A stretch of DNA of 64,000 nucleotides from Eledone cirrhosa. Lineage: Eukaryota. The notes under the pieces were generated by a model. It did not search any database and had not been told where the DNA came from. It saw only the letters and a list, made by a program, of their open reading frames with translations. The translations under genes and the position numbers were made by a program. The stretch lies in the NCBI GenBank assembly GCA_964016885.1, contig CAXHJY010000184.1, forward strand, positions 496,001 to 560,000. The letters are read 5' to 3'. Positions 26,701 to 42,500 of this stretch are shown one piece after another; within the stretch, counting starts at the first letter, position 1, and each line of letters starts with the position of its first letter.

Positions 26701-29260
26701 TAGTCTTTCCCAGTCACTACAGGACTATAGTCTTTCCCAGTCACTACAGGACTATAGTCTTTCCCAGTCACTACAGGACTATAGTCTTTCCCAATCACTA
26801 CAGGACTATAGTCTTTCCCAGTCACTACAGGACTACATTCTTTCCCAGTCACTACAGGACTATAGTCTTTCCCAATCACCACAGGACTATAGTCTTTCCC
26901 AGTCACTACAGGACTATAGTCTTTCCCAATCACTACAGGACTATAGTCTTTCCCAGTCACTACAAGACTATAGTCTTTCCCAGTCACTACAAGACTATAG
27001 TCTTGCCCAGTCAGTCACTACAGGACTATAGTCTTTTCCAGTCACTACAGGACTATAGTCTTTCCCAGTCACTACAGGACTATAGTCTTTCCCAGTCACT
27101 ACAGGACTATAGTCTTTCCCAGTCACTACAGGACTATAGTCTTTCCCAATCACTACAGGACTACATTCTTTCCCAGTCACTACAGGACTATAGTCTTTCC
27201 CAGTGACTACAGGACTATAGTCTTTCCCAGTCACTACAGGACTATAGTCTTTCCCAGTCACTACAGGACTATAGTTTTTCCCAGTCACTACAGGACTATA
27301 GTCTTTCCCAATCACTACAGGACTATAGTCTTTCCCAATCACTACAGGACTATAGTCTTTCCCAATCACTACAGGACTATAGTCTTTCCCAGTCACTACA
27401 GGACTATAGTCATTCCCAGTCACTACAGGACTATAGTCTTTCCCAGTCACTACAGGACTACATTCTTTCCCAGTCACTACAGGACTATAGTCTTTCCCAA
27501 TCACTACAGGACTATAGTCTTTCCCAGTCACTACAGCACTATAGTCTTTCCCAGTCACTACAGGACTATAGTCTTTCCCAATCACTACAGGACTATAGTC
27601 TTTCCCAGTCACTACAGGACTATAGTCTTTCCCAGTCACTACAAGACTATAGTCTTTACCAATCACTACAGGACTATAATCTTTCCCAATCACTACAGGA
27701 CTATAGTCTTTCCCAATCACTACAAGACTATAGTCTTTCCCAGTCACTACAGGACTATAGTCTTTCCCAGTTACTACAGGACTATAGTCTTTCCCAGTCA
27801 CTACAGGACTATAGTCTTTCCCAGTCACTACAGCGCTATAGTCTTTCCCAGTCACTACAGGACTATAGTCTTTCCCAGTCACTACAGGACTATAGTCTTT
27901 CCCAGTCACTACAGGGCTATAGTCTTTCCCAGTCACTACAGGACTACATTCGTTCCCAGTCACTACAGGACTATAGTCTTTCCCAGTCACTACAGGACTA
28001 TAGTCTTTCCCAGTCACTACAGGACTATAGTCTTTCCCAGTCACTACAGGACTATAGTCTTTCCCAATCACTACAGGACTATAGTCTTTCCCAGTCACTA
28101 CAGGACTACATTCTTTCCCAGTCACTACAGGACTATAGTCTTTCCCAATCACTACAGGACTATAGTCTTTCCCAGTCACTACAGGACTACATTCTTTCCC
28201 AGTCACTACAGGACTATAGTCTTTCCCAGTCACTACAGGACTATAGTCTTTCCCAGTCACTACAGGACTATAGTCTTTCCCAGTCACTACAGGACTATAG
28301 TCTTTCCCAATCACTACAGGACTATAGTCTTTCCCAGTCACTACAGGACTACATTCTTTCCCAGTCACTACAGGACTATAGTCTTTCCCAATCACCACAG
28401 GACTATAGTCTTTCCCAGTCACTACAGGACTATAGTCTTTCCCAATCACTACAAGACTATAGTCTTTCCCAGTCACTACAAGACTATAGTCTTTCCCAGT
28501 CACTACAAGACTATAGTCTTGCCCAGTCAGTCACTACAGGACTATAGTCTTTTCCAGTCACTACAGGACTATAGTCTTTCCCAGTCACTACAGGACTATA
28601 GTCTTTCCCAGTCACTACAGGACTATAGTCTTTCCCAGTCACTACAGGACTATAGTCTTTCCCAATCACTACAGGACTACATTCTTTCCCAGTCACTACA
28701 GGACTATAGTCTTTCCCAGTGACTACAGGACTATAGTCTTTCCCAGTCACTACAGGACTATAGTCTTTCCCAGTCACTACAGGACTATAGTTTTTCCCAG
28801 TCACTACAGGACTATAGTCTTTCCCAATCACTACAGGACTATAGTCTTTCCCAATCACTACAGGACTATAGTCTTTCCCAATCACTACAGGACTATAGTC
28901 TTTCCCAGTCACTACAGGACTATAGTCATTCCCAGTCACTACAGGACTATAGTCTTTCCCAGTCACTACAGGACTATAGTCATTCCCAGTCACTACAGGA
29001 CTATAGTCTTTCCCAGTCACTACAGGACTACATTCTTTCCCAGTCACTACAGGACTATAGTCTTTCCCAGTCACTACAGGACTATAGTCTATCCCAATCA
29101 CTACAGGACTATAGTCTTTCCCAGTCACTACAGGACTACATTCTTTCCCAGTCACTACAGGACTATAGTCTTTCCCAATCACCACAGGACTATAGTCTTT
29201 CCCAGTCACTACAGGACTATAGTCTTTCCCAATCACTACAGGACTATAGTCTTTCCCAGT
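22820..29260. repeat. Tandem duplication with period 3221 bp (119 monomers + 8 bp), boundaries approximate
   Basis: Offset 3221 holds for TTACCAAT (22921/26142), ATTCGTT (23215/26436), landmarks (23782/27003 and 25298/28519) and CTATCCC (25870/29091). ORFs 23774..25282 and 26995..28503 are both 502 aa. Confidence 0.9.
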
Positions 29261-32200
29261 CACTACAAGACTATAGTCTTTCCCAGTCACTACAAGGCTA
29301 TAGTCTTGCCCAGTCAGTCACTACAGGACTATAGTCTTTTCCAGTCACTACAGGACTATAGTCTTTCCCAGTCACTACAGGACTATAGTCTTTCCCAGTC
29401 ACTACAGGACTATAGTCTTTCCCAGTCACTACAGGACTATAGTCTTTCCCAGTCACTACAAGACTATAGTCTTTCCCAGTCACTACAGGATTATAGTCTT
29501 TCCCAATCACTACAGGACTATAGTCTTTCCCAGTCACTACAGGACTATAGTCTTTCCCAGTCACTACAGGACTATAGTCTTTCCCAGTCACTACAGGGCT
29601 ATAGTCTTTCCCAGTCACTACAGGACTACATTCGTTCCCAGTCACTACAGGACTATAGTCTTTCCCAGTCACTACAGGACTATAGTCTTTCCCAGTCACT
29701 ACAGGACTATAGTCTTTCCCAGTCACTACAGGACTATAGTCTTTCCCAATCACTACAGGACTATAGTCTTTCCCAGTCACTACAGGACTACATTCTTTCC
29801 CAGTCACTACAGGACTATAGTCTTTCCCAATCACTACAGGACTATAGTCTTTCCCAGTCACTACAGGACTACATTCTTTCCCAGTCACTACAGGACTATA
29901 GTCTTTCCCAGTCACTACAGGACTATAGTCTTTCCCAGTCACTACAGGACTATAGTCTTTCCCAGTCACTACAGGACTATAGTCTTTCCCAATCACTACA
30001 GGACTATAGTCTTTCCCAGTCACTACAGGACTACATTCTTTCCCAGTCACTACAGGACTATAGTCTTTCCCAATCACCACAGGACTATAGTCTTTCCCAG
30101 TCACTACAGGACTATAGTCTTTCCCAATCACTACAGGACTATAGTCTTTCCCAGTCACTACAAGACTATAGTCTTTCCCAGTCACTACAAGACTATAGTC
30201 TTGCCCAGTCAGTCAGTACAGGACTATAGTCTTTTCCAGTCACTACAGGACTATAGCCTTTCCCAGTCACTACAGGACTATAGTCTTTCCCAGTCACTAC
30301 AGGACTATAGTCTTTCCCAGTCACTACAGGACTATAGTCTTTCCCAATCACTACAGGACTACATTCTTTCCCAGTCACTACAGGACTATAGTCTTTCCCA
30401 GTGACTACAGGACTATAGTCTTTCCCAGTCACTACAGGACTATAGTCTTTCCCAGTCACTACAGGACTATAGTTTTTCCCAGTCACTACAGGACTATAGT
30501 CTTTCCCAATCACTACAGGACTATAGTCTTTCCCAATCACTACAGGACTATAGTCTTTCCCAATCACTACAGGACTATAGTCTTTCCCAGTCACTACAGG
30601 ACTATAGTCATTCCCAGTCACTACAGGACTATAGTCTTTCCCAGTCACTACAGGACTACATTCTTTCCCAGTCACTACAGGACTATAGTCTTTCCCAATC
30701 ACTACAGGACTATAGTCTTTCCCAGTCACTACAGCACTATAGTCTTTCCCAGTCACTACAGGACTATAGTCTTTCCCAATCACTACAGGACTATAGTCTT
30801 TCCCAGTCACTACAGGACTATAGTCTTTCCCAGTCACTACAAGACTATAGTCTTTACCAATCACTACAGGACTATAATCTTTCCCAATCACTACAGGACT
30901 ATAGTCTTTCCCAATCACTACAAGACTATAGTCTTTCCCAGTCACTACAGGACTATAGTCTTTCCCAGTTACTACAGGACTATAGTCTTTCCCAGTCACT
31001 ACAGGACTATAGTCTTTCCCAGTCACTACAGCGCTATAGTCTTTCCCAGTCACTACAGGACTATAGTCTTTCCCAGTCACTACAGGACTATAGTCTTTCC
31101 CAGTCACTACAGGGCTATAGTCTTTCCCAGTCACTACAGGACTACATTCGTTCCCAGTCACTACAGGACTATAGTCTTTCCCAGTCACTACAGGACTATA
31201 GTCTTTCCCAGTCACTACAGGACTATAGTCTTTCCCAGTCACTACAGGACTATAGTCTTTCCCAATCACTACAGGACTATAGTCTTTCCCAGTCACTACA
31301 GGACTACATTCTTTCCCAGTCACTACAGGACTATAGTCTTTCCCAATCACTACAGGACTATAGTCTTTCCCAGTCACTACAGGACTACATTCTTTCCCAG
31401 TCACTACAGGACTATAGTCTTTCCCAATCACCACAGGACTATAGTCTTTCCCAGTCACTACAGGACTATAGTCTTTCCCAATCACTACAGGACTATAGTC
31501 TTTCCCAGTCACTACAAGACTATAGTCTTTCCCAGTCACTACAAGACTATAGTCTTGCCCAGTCAGTCACTACAGGACTATAGTCTTTTCCAGTCACTAC
31601 AGGACTATAGTCTTTCCCAGTCACTACAGGACTATAGTCTTTCCCAGTCACTACAGGACTATAGTCTTTCCCAGTCACTACAGGACTATAGTCTTTCCCA
31701 ATCACTACAGGACTACATTCTTTCCCAGTCACTACAGGACTATAGTCTTTCCCAGTGACTACAGGACTATAGTCTTTCCCAGTCACTACAGGACTATAGT
31801 CTTTCCCAGTCACTACAGGACTATAGTTTTTCCCAGTCACTACAGGACTATAGTCTTTCCCAATCACTACAGGACTATAGTCTTTCCCAATCACTACAGG
31901 ACTATAGTCTTTCCCAATCACTACAGGACTATAGTCTTTCCCAGTCACTACAGGACTATAGTCATTCCCAGTCACTACAGGACTATAGTCTTTCCCAGTC
32001 ACTACAGGACTACATTCTTTCCCAGTCACTACAGGACTATAGTCTTTCCCAATCACTACAGGACTATAGTCTTTCCCAGTCACTACAGGACTATAGTCTT
32101 TCCCAGTCACTACAGGACTATAGTCTTTCCCAATCACTACAGGACTATAGTCTTTCCCAGTCACTACAGGACTATAGTCTTTCCCAGTCACTACAGGACT

Positions 32201-33556
32201 ATAGTCTTTCCCAGTCACTACAGGACTATAGTCTTTCCGAGTCACTAGAGGACTATTGTCTTTCCCAGACACTACAGGACTATAGTCTTTCCCAGTCACT
32301 ACAGGACTATAGTCTTTCCCAGTCACTACAGGACTATAGTCTTTCCCAGTCACTACAGGACTATAGTCCTTCCCAGTCGCTACAGGACTATAGTCTTTCC
32401 CAATCACTACAGGACTATAGTCGTTCCCAGTCACTACAGGACTATAGTCTTTCCCAATCACTACAGGACTATAGTCTTTCCGAGTCACTACAGGACTACA
32501 TTCTTTCCCGGTCACTACAGGACTATAGTCCTTCCCAGTCACTACAGGACTATAGTCTTTCCCAATCACCACAGGACTATAGTCTTTCCCAGTCACTACA
32601 GGACTATAGTCTTTCCCAATCACTACAGGACTATAGTATTTCCCAGTCACTACAGGACTATAGTCTTTCCCAGTCACTACAGGACTATAGTCTTTCCCAG
32701 TCACTACAAGACTATAGTCTTTCCCAGTCACTACAGGACTATAGTCTTTCCCAGTTACTACAGGACTATAGTCTTTCCCAGTCACTACAGGACTATAGTC
32801 TTTCCCAGTCACTACAGCGCTATAGTCTTTCCCAGTCACTACAGGACTATAGTCTTTCCCAGTCACTACAGGACTATAGTCTTTCCCAGTCACTACAGCG
32901 CTATAGTCTTTCCCAGTCACTACAGGACTATAGTCTTTCCCAGTCACTACAGGACTATAGTCTTTCCCAGTCACTACAGGACTACATTCGTTCCCAGTCA
33001 CTACAGGACTATAGTCTTTCCCAGTCACTACAGGACTATAGTCTTTCCCAGTCACTACAGGACTATAGTCTTTCCCAGTCACTACAGGACTATAGTCTTT
33101 CCCAATCACTACAGGACTATAGTCTTTCCCAGTCACTACAGGACTACATTCTTTCCCAGTCACTACAGGACTATAGTCTTTCCCAATCACTACAGGACTA
33201 TAGTCTTTCCCAGTCACTACAGGACTACATTCTTTCCCAGTCACTACAGGACTATAGTCTTTCCCAGTCACTACAGGACTATATTCTTTCCCAGTCACTA
33301 CAGGACTATAGTCTTTCCCAGTCACTACAGGACTATAGTCTTTCCCAATCACTACAGGACTATAGTCTTTCCCAGTCACTACAGGACTACATTCTTTCCC
33401 AGTCACTACAGGACTATAGTCTTTCCCAATCACCACAGGACTATAGTCTTTCCCAGTCACTACAGGACTATAGTCTTTCCCAATCACTACAGGACTATAG
33501 TCTTTCCCAGTCACTACAAGACTATAGTCTTTCCCAGTCACTACAAGACTATAGTC

Positions 33557-36500
33557 TTGCCCAGTCAGTCACTACAGGACTATAGTCTTTTCCAGTCACT
33601 ACAGGACTATAGTCTTTCCCAGTCACTACAGGACTATAGTCTTTCCCAGTCACTACAGGACTATAGTCTTTCCCAGTCACTACAGGACGATAGTCTTTCC
33701 CAATCACTACAGGACTACATTCTTTCCCAGTCACTACAGGACTATAGTCTTTCCCAGTGACTACAGGACTATAGTCTTTCCCAGTCACTACAGGACTATA
33801 GTCTTTCCCAGTCACTACAGGACTATAGTTTTTCCCAGTCACTACAGGACTATAGTCTTTCCCAATCACTACAGGACTATAGTCTTTCCCAATCACTACA
33901 GGACTATAGTCTTTCCCAATCACTACAGGACTATAGTCTTTCCCAGTCACTACAGGACTATAGTCATTCCCAGTCACTACAGGACTATAGTCTTTCCCAG
34001 TCACTACAGGACTACATTCTTTCCCAGTCACTACAGGACTATAGTCTTTCCCAATAACTACAGGACTATAGTCTTTCCCAGTCACTACAGGACTATATTC
34101 TTTCCCAGTCACTACAGGACTATAGTCTTTCCCAATCACTACAGGACTATAGTCTTTCCCAGTCACTACAGGACTATAGTCTTTCCCAGTCACTACAGGA
34201 CTATAGTCTTTCCCAGTCACTACAGGACTATAGTCTTTCCGAGTCACTACAGGACTATAGTCTTTCCCAGACACTACAGGACTATAGTCTTTCCCAGTCA
34301 CTACAGGACTATAGTCTTTCCCAGTCACTACAGGACTATAGTCTTTCCCAGTCACTACAGGACTATAGTCCTTCCCAGTCGCTACAGGACTATAGTCTTT
34401 CCCAATCACTACAGGACTATAGTCGTTCCCAGTCACTACAGGACTATAGTCTTTCCCAATCACTACAGGACTATAGTCTTTCCCAGTCACTACAGGACTA
34501 CATTCTTTCCCGGTCACTACAGGACTATAGTCCTTCCCAGTCACTACAGGACTATAGTCTTTCCCAATCACCACAGGACTATAGTCTTTCCCAGTCACTA
34601 CAGGACTATAGTCTTTCCCAATCACTACAGGACTATAGTATTTCCCAGTCACTACAGGACTATAGTCTTTCCCAGTCACTACAGGACTATAGTCTTTCCC
34701 AGTCACTACAGGACTATAGTCTTTCCCAGTCACTACAGGACTATAGTCTTTTCCAATCACTACAGGACTACATTCTTTCCCAGTCACTACAGGACTATAG
34801 TCTTTCCCAGTCACTACAGGACTATAGTCTTTCCCAGTCACTACAGGACTATAGTCTTTCCCAGTCACTACAGGACTATAGTCTTTTCCAATCACTACAG
34901 GACTACATTCTTTCCCAGTCACTACAGGACTATAGTCTTTCCCAGTCACTACAGGACTATAGTCTTTCCCAGTCACTACAGGACTATAGTCTTTCCCAGT
35001 CACTACAGGACTATAGTTTTTCCCAGTCACTACAGGACTATAGTCTTTCCCAATCACTACAGGACTATAGTCTTTCCCAATCACTACAAGACTATAGTCT
35101 TTCCCAGTCACTACAGGACTATAGTCTTTCCCAATCACTACAGGACTATAGTCTTTCCCAATCACTACAGGACTATAGTCTTTCCCAGTCACTACAGGAC
35201 TATAGTCTTTCCCAGTCACTACAGGACTATAGTCTTTCCCAGTCACTACAGGACTATAGTCTTTCCCAGTCACTACAAGACTATAGTCTTTCCCAATCAC
35301 TACAGGACTATAGTCTTTCCCAATCACTACAGGACTATAGTCTTTCCCAGTCACTACAGGACTATAGTCTTTCCCAGTCACTACAGGACTATAGTCTTTC
35401 CCAGTCACTACAGGACTATAGTCTTTCCCAATCACTACAGGACTATAGTCTTTCCCAGTCACTACAGGACTACATTCTTTCCCAGTCACTACAGGACTAT
35501 AGTCTTTCCCAGTCACTACAGGACTATAGTCTTTCCCAGTCACTACAGGACTATAGACTTTCCCAATCACTACAAGACTATAGTCTTTCCCAGTCACTAC
35601 AGGACTATAGTCTTTCCCAGTCACTACAGGACTATAGTCTTTCCCAGTCACTACAGGACTATAGTCTTTCCCAATCACTACAGGACTATAGTCTTTCCCA
35701 GTCACTACAGGACTACATTCTTTCCCAGTCACTACAGGACTATAGTCTTTCCCAGTCACTACAGGACTATATTCTTTCCCAGTCACTACAGGACTATAGT
35801 CTTTCCCAGTCACTACAGGACTATAGTCTTTCCCAATCACTACAGGACTATAGTCTTTCCCAGTCACTACAGGACTACATTCTTTCCCAGTCACTACAGG
35901 ACTATAGTCTTTCCCAATCACCACAGGACTATAGTCTTTCCCAGTCACTACAGGACTATAGTCTTTCCCAATCACTACAGGACTATAGTCTTTCCCAGTC
36001 ACTACAAGACTATAGTCTTTCCCAGTCACTACAAGACTATAGTCTTGCCCAGTCAGTCACTACAGGACTATAGTCTTTTCCAGTCACTACAGGACTATAG
36101 TCTTTCCCAGTCACTACAGGACTATAGTCTTTCCCAGTCACTACAGGACTATAGTCTTTCCCAGTCACTACAGGACGATAGTCTTTCCCAATCACTACAG
36201 GACTACATTCTTTCCCAGTCACTACAGGACTATAGTCTTTCCCAGTGACTACAGGACTATAGTCTTTCCCAGTCACTACAGGACTATAGTCTTTCCCAGT
36301 CACTACAGGACTATAGTTTTTCCCAGTCACTACAGGACTATAGTCTTTCCCAATCACTACAGGACTATAGTCTTTCCCAATCACTACAGGACTATAGTCT
36401 TTCCCAATCACTACAGGACTATAGTCTTTCCCAGTCACTACAGGACTATAGTCATTCCCAGTCACTACAGGACTATAGTCTTTCCCAGTCACTACAGGAC

Positions 36501-39500
36501 TACATTCTTTCCCAGTCACTACAGGACTATAGTCTTTCCCAATCACTACAGGACTATAGTCTTTCCCAGTCACTACAGGACTATAGTCTTTCCCAGTCAC
36601 TACAGGACTATAGTCTTTCCCAATCACTACAGGACTATAGTCTTTCCCAGTCACTACAGGACTATAGTCTTTCCCAGTCACTACAGGACTATAGTCTTTC
36701 CCAGTCACTACAGGACTATAGTCTTTCCGAGTCACTACAGGACTATAGTCTTTCCCAGACACTACAGGACTATAGTCTTTCCCAGTCACTACAGGACTAT
36801 AGTCTTTCCCAGTCACTACAGGACTATAGTCTTTCCCAGTCACTACAGGACTATAGTCCTTCCCAGTCGCTACAGGACTATAGTCTTTCCCAATCACTAC
36901 AGGACTATAGTCGTTCCCAGTCACTACAGGACTATAGTCTTTCCCAATCACTACAGGACTATAGTCTTTCCCAGTCACTACAGGACTACATTCTTTCCCG
37001 GTCACTACAGGACTATAGTCCTTCCCAGTCACTACAGGACTATAGTCTTTCCCAATCACCACAGGACTATAGTCTTTCCCAGTCACTACAGGACTATAGT
37101 CTTTCCCAATCACTACAGGACTATAGTATTTCCCAGTCACTACAGGACTATAGTCTTTCCCAGTCACTACAGGACTATAGTCTTTCCCAGTCACTACAGG
37201 ACTATAGTCTTTCCCAGTCACTACAGGACTATAGTCTTTTCCAATCACTACAGGACTACATTCTTTCCCAGTCACTACAGGACTATAGTCTTTCCCAGTC
37301 ACTACAGGACTATAGTCTTTCCCAGTCACTACAGGACTATAGTCTTTCCCAGTCACTACAGGACTATAGTCTTTTCCAATCACTACAGGACTACATTCTT
37401 TCCCAGTCACTACAGGACTATAGTCTTTCCCAGTCACTACAGGACTATAGTCTTTCCCAGTCACTACAGGACTATAGTCTTTCCCAGTCACTACAGGACT
37501 ATAGTTTTTCCCAGTCACTACAGGACTATAGTCTTTCCCAATCACTACAGGACTATAGTCTTTCCCAATCACTACAAGACTATAGTCTTTCCCAGTCACT
37601 ACAGGACTATAGTCTTTCCCAATCACTACAGGACTATAGTCTTTCCCAATCACTACAGGACTATAGTCTTTCCCAGTCACTACAGGACTATAGTCTTTCC
37701 CAGTCACTACAGGACTATAGTCTTTCCCAGTCACTACAGGACTATAGTCTTTCCCAGTCACTACAAGACTATAGTCTTTCCCAATCACTACAGGACTATA
37801 GTCTTTCCCAATCACTACAGGACTATAGTCTTTCCCAGTCACTACAGGACTATAGTCTTTCCCAGTCACTACAGGACTATAGTCTTTCCCAGTCACTACA
37901 GGACTATAGTCTTTCCCAATCACTACAGGACTATAGTCTTTCCCAGTCACTACAGGACTACATTCTTTCCCAGTCACTACAGGACTATAGTCTTTCCCAG
38001 TCACTACAGGACTATAGTCTTTCCCAGTCACTACAGGACTATAGACTTTCCCAATCACTACAAGACTATAGTCTTTCCCAGTCACTACAGGACTATAGTC
38101 TTTCCCAGTCACTACAGGACTATAGTCTTTCCCAGTCACTACAGGACTATAGTCTTTCCCAGTCACTACAGGACTATAGTCTTTCCCAGTCACTACAGGA
38201 CTATAGTCTTTCCCAGTCACTACAGGACTATAGTCTTTCCCAGTCACTACAGGACTATAGTATTTCCCAGTCACTACAGGACTATAGTCTTTCCCAGTCA
38301 CTACAGGACTATAGTCTTTCCCAGTCACTACAGGGCTATAGTCTTTCCCAGTCACTACAGGACTACAGTCTTTCCCAGTCACTACAGGACTATAGTCTTT
38401 CCCAGTCACTACAGGACTATAGTCTTTCGCAGTCACTACAGGACTATAGTCTTTCCCAGTCACTACAGGACTATAGTCCTTCCCAGTCGCTACAGGACTA
38501 TAGTCTTTCCCAATCACTACAGGACTATAGTCTTTCCCAGTCACTACAGGACTACATTCTTTCCCGGTCACTACAGGACTATAGTCCTTCCCAGTCACTA
38601 CAGGACTATAGTCTTTCCCAATCACCACAGGACTATAGTCTTTCCCAGTCACTACAGGACTATAGTCTTTCCCAATCACTACAGGACTATAGTATTTCCC
38701 AGTCACTACAGGACTATAGTCTTTCCCAGTCACTACAGGACTATAGTCTTTCCCAGTCACTACAGGACTATAGTCTTTCCCAGTCACTACAGGACTATAG
38801 TCTTTTCCAATCACTACAGGACTACATTCTTTCCCAGTCACTACAGGACTATAGTCTTTCCCAGTCACTACAGGACTATAGTCTTTCCCAGTCACTACAG
38901 GACTATAGTCTTTCCCAGTCACTACAGGACTATAGTCTTTTCCAATCACTACAGGACTACATTCTTTCCCAGTCACTACAGGACTATAGTCTTTCCCAGT
39001 CACTACAGGACTATAGTCTTTCCCAGTCACTACAGGACTACATTCTTTCCCGGTCACTACAGGACTATAGTCCTTCCCAGTCACTACAGGACTATAGTCT
39101 TTCCCAATCACCACAGGACTATAGTCTTTCCCAGTCACTACAGGACTATAGTCTTTCCCAATCACTACAGGACTATAGTATTTCCCAGTCACTACAGGAC
39201 TATAGTCTTTCCCAGTCACTACAGGACTATAGTCTTTCCCAGTCACTACAGGACTATAGTCTTTCCCAGTCACTACAGGACTATAGTCTTTTCCAATCAC
39301 TACAGGACTACATTCTTTCCCAGTCACTACAGGACTATAGTCTTTCCCAGTCACTACAGGACTATAGTCTTTCCCAGTCACTACAGGACTATAGTCTTTC
39401 CCAGTCACTACAGGACTATAGTCTTTTCCAATCACTACAGGACTACATTCTTTCCCAGTCACTACAGGACTATAGTCTTTCCCAGTCACTACAGGACTAT

Positions 39501-42500
39501 AGTCTTTCCCAGTCACTACAGGACTATAGTCTTTCCCAGTCACTACAGGACTATAGTTTTTCCCAGTCACTACAGGACTATAGTCTTTCCCAATCACTAC
39601 AGGACTATAGTCTTTCCCAATCACTACAAGACTATAGTCTTTCCCAGTCACTACAGGACTATAGTCTTTCCCAATCACTACAGGACTATAGTCTTTCCCA
39701 ATCACTACAGGACTATAGTCTTTCCCAGTCACTACAGGACTATAGTCTTTCCCAGTCACTACAGGACTATAGTCTTTCCCAGTCACTACAGGACTATAGT
39801 CTTTCCCAGTCACTACAAGACTATAGTCTTTCCCAATCACTACAGGACTATAGTCTTTCCCAATCACTACAGGACTATAGTCTTTCCCAGTCACTACAGG
39901 ACTATAGTCTTTCCCAGTCACTACAGGACTATAGTCTTTCCCAGTCACTACAGGACTATAGTCTTTCCCAATCACTACAGGACTATAGTCTTTCCCAGTC
40001 ACTACAGGACTACATTCTTTCCCAGTCACTACAGGACTATAGTCTTTCCCAGTCACTACAGGACTATAGTCTTTCCCAGTCACTACAGGACTATAGACTT
40101 TCCCAATCACTACAAGACTATAGTCTTTCCCAGTCACTACAGGACTATAGTCTTTCCCAGTCACTACAGGACTATAGTCTTTCCCAGTCACTACAGGACT
40201 ATAGTCTTTCCCAGTCACTACAGGACTATAGTCTTTCCCAGTCACTACAGGACTATAGTCTTTCCCAGTCACTACAGGACTATAGTCTTTCCCAGTCACT
40301 ACAGGACTATAGTATTTCCCAGTCACTACAGGACTATAGTCTTTCCCAGTCACTACAGGACTATAGTCTTTCCCAGTCACTACAGGGCTATAGTCTTTCC
40401 CAGTCACTACAGGACTACAGTCTTTCCCAGTCACTACAGGACTATAGTCTTTCCCAGTCACTACAGGACTATAGTCTTTCGCAGTCACTACAGGACTATA
40501 GTCTTTCCCAGTCACTACAGGACTATAGTCCTTCCCAGTCGCTACAGGACTATAGTCTTTCCCAATCACTACAGGACTATAGTCTTTCCCAGTCACTACA
40601 GGACTACATTCTTTCCCGGTCACTACAGGACTATAGTCCTTCCCAGTCACTACAGGACTATAGTCTTTCCCAATCACCACAGGACTATAGTCTTTCCCAG
40701 TCACTACAGGACTATAGTCTTTCCCAATCACTACAGGACTATAGTATTTCCCAGTCACTACAGGACTATAGTCTTTCCCAGTCACTACAGGACTATAGTC
40801 TTTCCCAGTCACTACAGGACTATAGTCTTTCCCAGTCACTACAGGACTATAGTCTTTTCCAATCACTACAGGACTACATTCTTTCCCAGTCACTACAGGA
40901 CTATAGTCTTTCCCAGTCACTACAGGACTATAGTCTTTCCCAGTCACTACAGGACTATAGTCTTTCCCAGTCACTACAGGACTATAGTCTTTTCCAATCA
41001 CTACAGGACTACATTCTTTCCCAGTCACTACAGGACTATAGTCTTTCCCAGTCACTACAGGACTATAGTCTTTCCCAGTCACTACAGGACTATAGTCTTT
41101 CCCAGTCACTACAGGACTATAGTTTTTCCCAGTCACTACAGGACTATAGTCTTTCCCAATCACTACAGGACTATAGTCTTTCCCAATCACTACAAGACTA
41201 TAGTCTTTCCCAGTCACTACAGGACTATAGTCTTTCCCAATCACTACAGGACTATAGTCTTTCCCAATCACTACAGGACTATAGTCTTTCCCAGTCACTA
41301 CAGGACTATAGTCTTTCCCAGTCACTACAGGACTATAGTCTTTCCCAGTCACTACAGGACTATAGTCTTTCCCAGTCACTACAAGACTATAGTCTTTCCC
41401 AATCACTACAGGACTATAGTCTTTCCCAATCACTACAGGACTATAGTCTTTCCCAGTCACTACAGGACTATAGTCTTTCCCAGTCACTACAGGACTATAG
41501 TCTTTCCCAGTCACTACAGGACTATAGTCTTTCCCAATCACTACAGGACTATAGTCTTTCCCAGTCACTACAGGACTACATTCTTTCCCAGTCACTACAG
41601 GACTATAGTCTTTCCCAGTCACTACAGGACTATAGTCTTTCCCAGTCACTACAGGACTATAGACTTTCCCAATCACTACAAGACTATAGTCTTTCCCAGT
41701 CACTACAGGACTATAGTCTTTCCCAGTCACTACAGGACTATAGTCTTTCCCAGTCACTACAGGACTATAGTCTTTCCCAATCACTACAGGACTATAGTCT
41801 TTCCCAGTCACTACAGGACTACATTCTTTCCCAGTCACTACAGGACTATAGTCTTTCCCAGTCACTACAGGACTATATTCTTTCCCAGTCACTACAGGAC
41901 TATAGTCTTTCCCAGTCACTACAGGACTATAGTCTTTCCCAATCACTACAGGACTATAGTCTTTCCCAGTCACTACAGGACTACATTCTTTCCCAGTCAC
42001 TACAGGACTATAGTCTTTCCCAATCACCACAGGACTATAGTCTTTCCCAGTCACTACAGGACTATAGTCTTTCCCAATCACTACAGGACTATAGTCTTTC
42101 CCAGTCACTACAAGACTATAGTCTTTCCCAGTCACTACAAGACTATAGTCTTGCCCAGTCAGTCACTACAGGACTATAGTCTTTTCCAGTCACTACAGGA
42201 CTATAGTCTTTCCCAGTCACTACAGGACTATAGTCTTTCCCAGTCACTACAGGACTATAGTCTTTCCCAGTCACTACAGGACGATAGTCTTTCCCAATCA
42301 CTACAGGACTACATTCTTTCCCAGTCACTACAGGACTATAGTCTTTCCCAGTGACTACAGGACTATAGTCTTTCCCAGTCACTACAGGACTATAGTCTTT
42401 CCCAGTCACTACAGGACTATAGTTTTTCCCAGTCACTACAGGACTATAGTCTTTCCCAATCACTACAGGACTATAGTCTTTCCCAATCACTACAGGACTA

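Noticed and set aside
36037-42135. YSP tripeptide likeness to the RNA polymerase II CTD heptad (YSPTSPS) or to mucin-like repeats
   Set aside because: Only three residues match, the period is 9 rather than 7, and no catalytic or signal domain is attached.
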